A stretch of DNA of 64,000 nucleotides from NCBI GenBank assembly GCA_051294375.1, contig CM119266.1:18648087-18712086 (forward strand), given 5' to 3'. Shown here one piece after another: positions 13,211 to 25,600 of this stretch. Origin of the DNA: Paraspadella gotoi. Its lineage: Eukaryota > Animalia > Chaetognatha. A model generated the notes under the pieces. The model was given only the letters and a program-made list of their open reading frames with translations. It was not told the origin of the DNA and searched no databases. The stretch's first letter is position 1; each line of letters begins with the position of its first letter. The translations under genes were made by a program, and so were the position numbers.

Positions 13211-16200
13211 CGGCACACTTGGCGTAGACTGGCGCGACGAGGCGCGGATTGGCGAACGTAAATAAGTGCTTTCGAAACGAAATACAACAAAAATTAAAAA
13301 ACTAAAATGTAGTTCGTTGCTAAAAAAAATGCAAAAAAAAAAAACACAAAAAACAAAACCAACAACACAAAATAAAAGAATAATCGACTCGCTCTCTCTC
13401 TATCTCTCTCAGCTACGTTATGACGAGAGGCATGGCGTTAAGGGTGTGACGTCAAAAAAATAAGGAGGGCGGATTGACGCGACGTCATTTTATTTGACGC
13501 TCTAATCCGAAACATTTTACGAATTAATTCGCTTAAAAAAAATCAACCGCAATTTTATTTCTGCAACTTAAAAAAAGTCGAGGGAAAGAAAAAAGAACCT
13601 CGCCCACATTTAAAAATAATAATTACGCTGTTGTTGATGTTTTTCTGAAACTCTTTTTTTTTTGTTCCGTTTTGCTACTGTGAAATACTGTGTAGTATCG
13701 TCCAATGCTGCTTTTTTGAATCTTTTTTTTTTCATTGGTCTTTGGTGATGAAGTAGTATTTGAGCGAATCACTTTAAAGTCCAGGAATATTTTTTCTTTA
13801 CCACAAAAATTGAATGTTTTTAATTCTCCCACCGTTTTATGAACCCTCCATTTTTATAGAATTTTTTTTTGGCTGAGATCACGCTTGGAGAAATACAGGT
13901 TAATATGCTCGCAATATTTATTAGTACGAAATTTTTTTATATTTCTTATAAGAAAAAAATGTAATTTAAGTTTTATGTCCGTCCGTCCATCCGAAGGTCT
14001 GTCACCAATTGTTTTTAAATGCAATTAAGTGCATGTGTGAAGTAATTAATTTGAATGCAGCAGTGAGAAATTATGAGTCGCCACAAAAGTGAATTGTAAA
14101 AAAAAATAGAGAAAACCGCGAGGTGAAAATAAAACTTTGTGAAGGGAATGCAAGTCTATGAAGCGCGAGGTTATTTATTATACAATCGAATGTGCAATTG
14201 ACATACTGATAAAAATAATTCTGATATACTTAATTAGAGCTAACAATAAAAATAGGTCTATAAATATTATTAATTATTAAATCATTTCAGTAATGATCAT
14301 TAACTCGGCTAATGCAAATTAACATTATTTATTTGTATAACTAGTAAATAGTAAATTAAAGATTAGTTTTTGGTGTATTCCTACATATCAATTTGTGTAA
14401 ATTTTAAAGATAAAAATATTATAATTCAATACATTGTGTAAATACACCTAAAGCTTTTTCATACATTTATAGTTATTTATACTTTCATTTAGACCTTGAG
14501 CAATTTATTTTTTTTAAATTCAAATAAACTTTTTAATTAAAATTTTAAACAGAATGCTTTTAAAAAATTACCCATCTTAATCCTTTTTTTACTGATACCA
14601 CTTTCTTATATAAACTGTACATTGCTTAGTGGTTTCAGCGGGTTCCTTCATCTATTAAAATCGATTCTATTTTTTTTTTTGTGCTATTTTTGAGAATAAT
14701 GCGTAAAGTAGATTGATGGTGCTACGTAAGAAATTGTTACAACAAATATAAAAATGGTTCATTCATTTAATAAACATTAAACAAGGTATCTTGCCACTGA
14801 CTTCGGACAAGATACATGAAGTTAAACCTAATCAATTTTTATTATACTTTTTTCGAAAAACAATGACTAAATGTTTTTTTGAACTGTCGATAAATTTAAC
14901 CTCATTAAAACAAAGTTTCATTAATTTGGAAATAACCCAAAAGCTAAAGGTTTTTTAAAAAGATTTGTACAAAACAATTTAATTAAATTCTAGTTGATGT
15001 TGATGCTGAAAACCGTTTTTTTATCCTTAGCAATGCGTATATCTAGAAATGCTTGGTTGTACTTCTCAACCCGATTTTCATCAAATTTTGTTTGTGCTTT
15101 TTTCGCGTTTTTTTTTCTACGAGCGTTGTTTGCATGTTTGTATTGTTTTAACGATTAAAGAATCAAGCTCATTACTTGTATTGTAGCAACAAAACTGGAG
15201 ATAATGTAAAAAAAAAGAAATTAACTAATCCTTGCTAAAATTGTATCTCGAAGCTCAACGCGACCAAAACCAATTAAGTTGCTAACAACTATTTTTTGTT
15301 GATTAAAAAAAAACTTCCGGTGCCCTAAAAAACGGTGACTTCTGTACAACGTGCGAATCGACCATTGTGTAACGAAAGATACCATTAAACGAATAAAGAT
15401 TTTTTACCTCAATATGTTTCTTCTTTATTTTTTGATTGCCATTTCGCTAAAACGGTTTCCCACTGTCGTACAGTGCTCTCTCGGTCGATTCATTCCGTTT
15501 TTTGTTCGACTCTGGTCACTCTGTACTTTTATCTGTGTCATTTAAAAAAAAACAAAAAAACTACGATTCCACTTAATAATCTTTTTTTCTTTCTAAAAAA
15601 CTCAATTTTTTCGGATTTTCTCTTCAATTTTTAGAAAATTCGAAAAATTGTCTAATCTGTGCATTAAAGCGTAGCAAAAATATTAAAATAAAGTAGAATC
15701 AAAATTCGAATTGTAGATCATGAACTCTTGAACAGGCTTGTACCTGTGAACATTTTTAAATAAAAAAAATATTTTTTAATTGTCAATTTTCGCATTAGTT
15801 ATTAGCCTATATTATAAAAATGTAAAAATTTTAACACGTTTTTTTGAAGTTCTTGATTCTCGCAAAGTTTCTCATTCCAAATTAGGTGGAGAAAACGAAT
15901 ATCACCATTAAAAATTTCTCCGGATGCGCTATATGGACTTTCCGCGCCACTTTTTGCGCAAACCACTTCCGGTTGAAAAAAGATAAGAATTTTTAAAAGA
16001 AGCAAGCAATTAATTGAGCCAGCACACTTAGTAATTAATCAAAATACAGTTACTTATAATCTTAATACCTAATTATTTGGTTTTGCTTTATAAATTACAT
16101 TTTGTATGTCAAAGGATAACAATTAAAAAAGGCTTTATATTATAAAATGCTGGCTTTTGACAAAATTATGGGTAAAAACTTTCACTAACTGATGTTTTGG

Positions 16201-17336
16201 CCTTTGGAAAAACCACTTAAAAATCTACTTTTAAAAAAATTAATATTGAGGGAGAGAAACAGTCTTGCAAAAATTTGGGTAAAACTTTTGGAATAAATTA
16301 AATTGTGCTTCTCACAAATTATGATGGTAATAAAAAATTATATGCACCCATATTTTTTAAATAAGATAATTCAAACGATAGGGGAAAAAGAAACGAGTTT
16401 AGCATAATTTAATAATCTATATTATGTCATTAATTTATAAGTTAGTAATATCGGTGTCCTCAAAGTTACCTTTAAACCTTCACAGTTGATATTATGTCTT
16501 TAAGATTCACTATATTTTTCAATTTAGAAAAATATTATTTTCATATTTAATGCCGAATTTTATATATGATGATATTATTGGAAGGTTAAAAATGTAGTTG
16601 ATAACAATACAATTAAAAAGGGAGAAAAAACATTGTTTTCGTTACTGGCTTGAAATTCGAATGAGAGAAACTTTACAATGTAAGGAAACGAAGACGACTG
16701 AGGCTTGACTGTAGTTCGGTGAAAGGATTCTTTGGTAACCGAGGTTTACTCAAGTTGCCAGAATATATTTATTTTGCCCAGACTTCTAATACAGTCAGTA
16801 GTACAATTACTTTATACTTGCTACATGACCTTGTAGTCTGGCATTTCTCTATCGTCTGGACCTCAGGTCTGCTGTGAGACGTTACAATCGTCATTGGGCC
16901 TTAGATCCGGTGGCCTCGTTTCCTCGGCGCTATATCTACGTAACCGAGAGTTTTAGTGCTGAGTTAGCACAAGAATTAGTTGTCTAGGAAGCATTGATTC
17001 TCTATAATCATTTATCGCGACGTCCGCTCGCAATTTTTGGTGACAATGCAATACAAACTATATAAATTATTCATTTAAAAAATAGCTGTCTTGCCGTTTT
17101 GGGACTGGCTATGGTGAGTTAAGGCATCTATCATCTTTCATCATTATATTTTTATTAGAGTTAAAGTTGTAGAGATTTTTATTTTCATTGAACTCTAATA
17201 TTAATAATAAAAATGAAAAGAAAGGAAAAGATACGAACTTTCTATTTTTTAAATTTATTTTTACTTCTTCAAAGATTATTTTGTATTTTGCACTTTATTT
17301 TTAATCAAAATATTTTAATTATTGTTAAAATTGTGT

Positions 17337-17545
17337 AGTCGGGCATGGCCTAAATCACCCTGCCAATAATCATAACACCTTCAGTCGTGACCCGGTTGCT
17401 CATTGAGTAAAGCCATCAGCTCATGACCACTAGGTACCGGGTTCAATCTCAACTTAGTAAGACCCTGTGGGAAGCAAGAGGACGACCGTAGACCACTATG
17501 GAGGCGTGGAAAACCCTCAAGCCTGGTTCCAAGCCAGGACTGTGG
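17337..17545 (+). mobile_element. Repeat family C: tRNA(Met)-like head plus degenerate twister-like motif
   Basis: GACCCGGTTGCTCATTGAGTAAAGC..CTCATGA..GGTACCGGGTTCAATCTC, followed by GA GGA CGACCG TAG ACC AC ... G CCTGG T TCC AA GC CAGG. Second copy at 51273-51423 (-). Confidence 0.65.
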
Positions 17546-19559
17546 CTGCTGAGGGGCATAGAAGTTACTGAATGCAGTCTTCAGCCCACTTATCGCTTAT
17601 TCACAATTGTTCTTATTAATGTCATTATGGATCAGTTAACTAATAAAAAATATTAAACACATATTATAAAAATATAATAGTAAAATAATTGTTAATTTAA
17701 AGAATAGTATTTGAAAAATCTTTCAAAAATATGATTATTTCCTGTCTTTTTTATTTCGAGGTAATATTGATAAAAATATTTAATATTTTTAAAAATTTAC
17801 ATTTAAATTATAATTCATAAAAAGTAAAATAATCATTCAGCTGTGTATAATTAACCATAAAATAAATAATTTTAAGTTTAAATCGTTTTATTCCTAAAAA
17901 CAAGTTATTTTTTAACCGGAAGTGGTACGCCACATAAAGTGCGTGAAAGTCCATAATTCTCGACCTGAGAATTTTTCATTGTGATATTCGTTTTTATCAA
18001 TAAAATTGGAATGAGAAACTTTGCAAGAACAACAACTTTTCCAAAGTGGGATATTTTTGGGAGGCCTAGCCTATATTATAAAAATGTAAAAATTTTAACA
18101 CGTTTTTTTTATTTTTGAAAGCAGATTCGAATTTCTCAGGAAATGTAACTCTTTTTAGAAAATTATTTCATTAAGTAGGTCAAAATCCTAAAAAAACTAT
18201 TATAATTAACCTATAATTAAATTTTAGTATAAAAAATATAGTTTTTTAAATTTTTAGCTAACTTAATAAAATAATTTTTGATTAAGACTTTTTCTTTTAT
18301 CAACTTTTTATTAGGAATTCGAATCTGCTTTTAAAACTAAGAAAAAACTATTTTAAAATTTTGACATTTTCTATGGTAAGTACTATGTATAAATATGGGC
18401 TAATACGAAAATTAAAAACTTGATGATTTTTTTATATATCAATGTTCTTTAGTACAAAACTGTTCATAATCAATTATTCGAATTTTGATCTGCAACTTTC
18501 ACTACGCCTTACTGTGCATGAATACTTTCTTTTTGACTTTTAATCGTCGCAAATGACGAAAACACTTTGTATCTTTGTAGAAAAGATGATATATAAAACA
18601 AGAATATAGATTTATTAAAAATGTAAACAAAAAAAAGACCATTGGCTTTCACGAATCATTTTTTTGGGTAATATTTCGTGTTGTAACCGATGAGTGAAGA
18701 AAACAAAAAGATCAATCGTCTGATTTCTGTGTTTCTCTCTTTCTAACGATAGATGGAGCTTATTTCTTTTTCATGAAACCTAGTCTTTCAAAACAAAAAC
18801 AAAAAACAAACAAAAAAAGAAAAACACTTTCCCGTTTTTCTCTTCCTTTTATTCTCTAAAGCCTTTTTGATTTTCCTAGACTTTGTACGATGTATAAATA
18901 TAAAACAAAGAAAGCGATTTATTTTTCTTTTTTGTATGCATAGAATCGTTATTTGTATAATTAAATTTTCAATGAGAGAAAGTATTCATATCTTTTAGAA
19001 CCAAATTAAAAAAAAACACACACACACGTCTTTCCAACTATAAAAAAATCATAAATATTAATATTATTAAAAAATATGAATTAATAATTTCTGATGGCAG
19101 AAATCCTCTGCTGTTGTTTAGCTTCTTTCACAAAGGAGCAAATTAATGCTACGTACGTTACGTCATTATGAAATAAATTATTAAATAAAAACATGAAAAC
19201 AATTTACTTTTTTATTGCTTACCATCATAGCTATAATTTCAAGGTACGAAGTAACTACCATTTCAGTATAACTTTTAGTTTCTTTTTTTTATATCAGTAC
19301 TTTTGTTTTGATCGGTAATGTAATGTAAACCAATTCTTGAATATAATTTTCATTGCGTTATATGTAATTTGTGATTTCATTATTTGAGGAGTTAAAGATA
19401 AACTGAGTCCATTTTTTTTACTAGTTAGACATGAAATTAATCAATAGTCGTCATAATTTAACAAATCAATAGTTCAATACCCACTTAGCCCACTTAGCGC
19501 CTTATCCACAAGACCACCAGTTTTACATCCGACCACGGAAAAATTCCTACAATCTCCAT

Positions 19560-20030
19560 TACGGTTAAGGCACGGAGATGTACGGGAGGCCCGGGCCCAG
19601 GTTAGAGTTGGTGGAGAGGCACAGAGTAGAACGGGAGGCCCGGGTTAGGGTTAGGGTTGGGGGAGGGGCTGGTGGTTAATGCATCAAAGGTGGTTAGGGT
19701 TACGGTAGATGCACGGAGATGTACAAGAGGCCTGGCCCGGGTTAGGGTTAGGAGAGAGGCACGGAGTTGAACGGGAGGCCTAGTTTAGGGTTGGGAGAAA
19801 AGCCCATGGGTGATGTGTCGAAGGCAGTTAGGGTTGAGGCATGGATATGTTAGGGTTGGGGGAGGGGCCCGTGGTTGACGCGTCGAAGGTGGTTAGGGTT
19901 AGGGTTGAGGTACGGAGATGTACAGGAAGCCCGGACCTGGGTTAGGGTTGGGGGAGAGGCATGGAATTGAACTGGAGGTCCAGGTTAGGGTGATGGGAGA
20001 AGCCCATGGGTGATGTGTTCATCCCCGTGT
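19560..20030 (+). repeat. G-rich minisatellite with embedded TTAGGG units
   Basis: Recurring ~45-50 bp subunits GGCACGGAGATGTACGGGAGGCCCGG joined by GGTTAGGGTTAGGG. Confidence 0.8.
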
Positions 20031-20821
20031 CTCAACATCAGCCGCGAGCCTCTCCTCTAACTCGCGCCCTTAATTATATTCGCTGCTTTTATCACTGGCG
20101 CCCTGGCGATATCGCCATGGCGAAGTCGCCAACCAAGTACAACCTGTCGGTGTAATATATAATTTAATTCATATTTATATGATAAACATTACACGATAAA
20201 AAACAATCGATTTAAAAATCTTAATAGCATAAGGATCGTCGCAATCGCATAAAAAAACTGGACCCATGACAAACTTTGATACTTTGAAAATAAATAAATA
20301 AATATATAAATATAAATAAACAAATAATAAAATGAATAAAATAAATTGAACGAATTTAATTAATTTAATTTGAATTGAATGAATGAATGAATAAAACATA
20401 ATTTGTAGTAATTTTTATATAATAAAATGGATATAATTGTTTTTAAATAGAACATAAACGAATCCTTGTATCCATATGCAACATGTCATTTTAAAAGATC
20501 TTGATGATGAGAAGCTATATCTAAATGCAAGCATGTAGCTTCCTAGCTTCTTAGCTTTTAACCTTTTATAATATCCAATTGTAAAAAGCATGACGACTTC
20601 GACGACGTCACTTAGAAGGTAAGTAAGTAAGTAAACCAAAATCTCACCCAAGACGAGCCTAGGCACGTCTGGTGAAATAAAAAAGCTATCTATAATTAGG
20701 AACGCCAACGATGACAACGACGACGACGCCATTTATGGGGATCATCGTCACAAAGTCATCGCAAGCGTAAGCGATTGCGACGATAAAAGGTACATTTCTT
20801 ACAGTGAGATTAAGGACATAA

Positions 20822-22539
20822 TTACTCTTCTTCAAAACTTTTCTTGACTTTTCTGATTGGAAGATTCTTTGCCATTTTATCCAAATTTTTTATTTCATCT
20901 TGATCCATAGTTGTAGTTCCTCCTTTGATTCCCTGTCCCTGTAATGAGTGCACAAAGTTATCAATAATAACCTATTGGTTAATTAAAAAACTGCACATGA
21001 AACCGGATTTAAATTTATTTTTCAACTTAATAAGAAACTTTAAATTACTTTTTACGTTATAATTTGTTTCCTTAACTATTTCACATCGTTTAGTCAAGAA
21101 AACCTATATTTTTTTTTATTTTTGAAGAGTCACAAGCAATTGATACTTGGATTTTGGAAAAACAAAGCTACTGTGGAAACCCTCGTCACAAAGATTTACG
21201 TCGTTGATTTAATTAAATTAATTTTATGTTAACTTAAAAAGTCAGTAACAAAAACAAACGAGATTCTACGTTTCTACAACGCAGGGGCGGCGAGAGAGGG
21301 GAAAACCCTAGCCTCAGGTGGGGGGGGGAAGAAAAAAAACCCGTATAACCTTATCTCTATTGCTGCTCATGGTTAAAAATAAGCGCTAAATTTCATCTAG
21401 TCAGAAGGTTTAACAAATTTAAACCCATCACTCAGACTAGAGGAGAGGCACAATGATTGTGATTAAAAAAAATCAAAAAACAATTCAGTAAAACACCAAT
21501 GCCAGGTTGCAGGTCCTGGAGGCAGAAGTTTGAGCACTGGAGCAATTTCCAAGGCAGAAAGCGAAAACTAAAAACTAAAATTATGGAGAGCGGGGGGGAG
21601 GCCCGGCCAGGGGCCCAGTGCCCGCCATTTCTCTCGCCGCCCCTGCTTCAACGTATTACAAATATTCAAAACAATAATAAACGGGCGATATACAACGATA
21701 CAATGATACCAGATACAACAAGGTTAAAATGTCGTTGATAAAGGCCTTGGCGCTCAATGGTTACCCTCTGTGGGCATACGAAAAGGCTAGGTACCAGCAG
21801 AACCTGGCTGAGGGTAGTGGCCACCAAGGGGCTACCCAAGTAACTGCTGATGCAAGTCCAACCTCCACCCCCCAGAATGAAGGGCAGGACTCTGCTGCCG
21901 AACAGTCTACCGGCCCACCACAGCGCAACTGGAAACTAAGCAGAGGCGTCCTAGGAACGTGGGTTACCTGTCCCTGCCCTACCACCCAAGAGAGATAAAA
22001 TCCCCAGACCGAAAACATCAGGAGCCGTCTATTGGGAGGCCTGTGCGGGGCGGGCAACCAACCCTGACAGCAGCATACGTGGGTGAGACAGGGAGTCTGT
22101 CAGATCGGTTCAGCAGCACACTAAAGAGCCCTACCGTGACTCTCGCAAATACTGGCCATCTGTTCAGAGAAACTGACTGTCTTATGCTGTCCCATGACCG
22201 GAACGGGTTCTCAAGAGGTATTAGAGAGGCGATTTACATCAAAGCCCTCGAGCCGTCTTTGAACCGTGATAGATGACAATTCGATCTCCCTCCAAGCTAT
22301 GATTCGCTTATGCTTAGTGCCTTCTCACCACAGCGCACGATGACTCTCCTGTTCCCACTCAAGCGGTCAGGCGGAGACCTCCCGATACGCAATGGATGCC
22401 CGATGCCTCAGCCTCTCCTGCAGCAACCCTGTCCGACTCTCCTCGGATCGGGCGTCCCCCAAAAAGACGGCTGCAGGAGGAGTCTCTTCCCGTAACAAAA
22501 CTGGCGAGATTAGATTAGCAACTTACCTTCCCCCCCTCT

Positions 22540-22575
<36 letters not shown>

Positions 22576-22582
22576 CTCTCTC

Positions 22583-22616
<34 letters not shown>

Positions 22617-25600
22617 AAATGTTATTTGAAAATCCAAAAACTGAATTGTGAAAGCGTGTGAGGCTTGCATTAAAGCCGAAACATGTCTGTTTAAATCTTT
22701 TAAATCGTTGTTTTAAAAAGACTTCGTCTTTAATTTCAAACTCAACTTAGAATTTCAAAAATATTTTAGATTGAAAAAAATATTTAAATGTTTGGTTTAT
22801 TTTTTTTAGTTTACTTTGTTTAATGTATTATTTTTTAAACTCAAATAATTGTTTCACTTGTATAATTTTTTCAACTTACATAATTTTTTTAGCTTGTACA
22901 ATTTTTTTCAATTTGCATAATATGTACATATATATTTACATATATATATATACATAAACATATACATGTAGTATGTACTTGAAGTTCGGACAACTCTTTT
23001 TCGTTGGCTTTGGCGTATTCTTCCAACAGCATGACAATTCCACGTCGTTCCAGGGCGCGCGCCAAGTCGTAGACTGAACGTCCCTCTTTGTTGGGTACCA
23101 TAACATCCGCTCCTCTATTAATGAGCGTCTTAAAAAAAAGATAAGTTAAGAGCCTCTTAAGCATGAAAAAATAATTTATTTTTAAAAACAAATGAACGTG
23201 ATGTCTGATTTTAATACCATGTTTAATTTGTCAGATTAGTATATAAATAAAATCTTTTAGAAATAATTTTGTACTCATAATACAATTTTTAAATCTTACT
23301 CATTATTTTTTCAAACCAGTTTTGTTCATAGTAAATAAATAAATAAATAGATAAATAAATAAATAACTGGCTTCCTTTTTCAAGAGGAGACCCTTCGATC
23401 CTCCTCCTCCTCCTTTCACGCCCGATGAGCCTCTTTCCTTTCATTGTTTTGGACTTAGAGAGTTAATAAACGAGACTGTGAGAGTCTTGATTGAAAGCTT
23501 GCAGGGACCTGCTATGTCATTATCTTTTAAGAGTGATGGAGGCCTTAAACCAGCAAAGCCTGTCCAATGTCAGGGGCAAGATAGCTTACTTATTAAATAA
23601 ATAGATAATTCATATATTGGTTGTGCCAATTCTATAAAATTCAGCTCCTTGTATTTTTATGCTGGACGGAGTTCAATATAGTATTCCCCGATCTAATACT
23701 TAAGGGAGTGGTCTTTTCATGCATTTGAAACATTCTTTTAAATATTATACCACTTCATTGTTAGGGAAGCCAGGTACTTTAGGAGTCCGTCTGTCTAGCT
23801 TTGAGCGCCAATTACTCATGAGTTTATCAGGTGATTGACTTCAAATTTTGTAGGAGAGTGTGTGATTGAGAATTTTTGATGGAATCGTCCGAGTAGAAAT
23901 AAGTTTAAATAGAAAAAAACAAAAAAACCTGTTTTACTATTTAAATATGCTATTTTTTCTTTTTAAATTGAATGTAAATGCAAACTACATTAATTAATCA
24001 ATCAATCAATCATAGTCAGTGTTATAGTCGTCATCGCCATCAGTGTCGTCGTTACTTTTATCGTGGTCATTGAACTGACAAAAAGACCTAAAAACCAACA
24101 AGATAATTAATTATCATTTAATTAATTGTTTAATTAAATAATTACCGGTAATGATCGTAGGCAACAGGCTCAAACTTGTTACAAAGATAAGTCAAAAATC
24201 AGCAATGTCGCACTTTAAAATACCTGAGCAATAAGGCCCTTGTTAGAAATTGTGGCTAGCATTAAAGGTGTCTTCAGGTCTTTGTCCACACGGTCTATCT
24301 TTGCTCCATAACGAATGAGAACTTCGGCTATTCCTTCTGTCCGAACGCCTACGAGCGCACACCTGTCCAATTAAAATATCCAGCTTTTTAAATCCTTTTC
24401 ACAAAAAATTAAAGCCATTGATTCCATTTTAATTATGAATATCTCTGCGGTTTCAAGAAAAATCAGGAGTTTTTAGAAACCGATATAAGGCAGATAATTT
24501 TTTAATACACAATGTCTACTACAAACTTACATACCAACCGTAACCACCACAAAACTTATTTCCTTATTTGAAATCTTAAAATGAATTAAAATTTTTTAAA
24601 ACATTTTTAAACATGATTATTATTATTATTATTATTATTAAATTGGTACAACCGATATAAAAATTATCCTTTCATTTAATAAATAAGCTATTTTGACCCT
24701 GACTTTGGACAGGCTTTGGTGGTTTAAGGCCTTCATCACTCTTACAAGATAATGACAAAGCAGGCCTCTGCATCTGCCTCTGCATCTGATAATTACCGCT
24801 AAATTACCCTTAGTCGATCCGACATGGTTTGTTCACTGTTCACTGTTCAATGTTCAGACTTGTTAGTTTTATAAATGCCGCCAGCAAGAACCTTTCTTTC
24901 TCTCTCTATCTCTCTCTTTCCCTCTCTCTATGTCTGTCTCTCTTTCATCAAAGAAAAAACATGACTATTTTTCAAAATAAAATTACTTGTTTGTAATCTT
25001 TAAAATAAACATTTCCATTGTAAATAAAAATCTTTAAAATTTCAAAAAAAATTTTTATATAAATATATTGCAATTTTTGTTTTTATTCGCATTCTAATAT
25101 ATTTTTTGTATATGATGATAAATACTTATCAGTGCCTTAACTAGTAACTACTACTACATTTCTTCTAAAGTATAAATGCTCCGATTATTCCGACAAGGTT
25201 CTTTTAAATACTGAAAAAACAGGTTTGAGCAAACAATGTCGGATCTGCCCACGATCATTATCGGTAATTTATTAATTAATAATTAATTTATAATTAATTA
25301 ATTCAAGTTAATTATTTAATTAATTAAGCAATTAATTATTTATTTTGATCCAAAATGTTTCTTTTTATTAATTAATTGACTGATTAATTAATTATTTATT
25401 AATTAATAGACTTATTTATTAATTAACTGATTAATGCATTTACATTTAATATAAAAAGAAAAAAGCATAATCAATTAGTGAAACATGTTTTTTGTTTTGT
25501 TCCATTTAAACTCATTTCCACTCAAATGATTCCATTGAAACTTGATTTACAGCTTAATCACACAGTTTTCTACCCACATACAAAATTTCAAGTCAATAGC

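Noticed and set aside
16895-16950. HDV-like or pistol-like fold around TCCTCG
   Set aside because: Lacks the GG for P1.1 and the pistol AAAUA linker.
17545-17592. CTGAAGA with a short stem on the minus strand
   Set aside because: The GAAA box and cleavage triplet are missing.
22270-22280. In-frame TGA in the PLE endonuclease as possible selenocysteine
   Set aside because: The element is heavily frameshifted, the position is not a Cys site, and no SECIS was seen.
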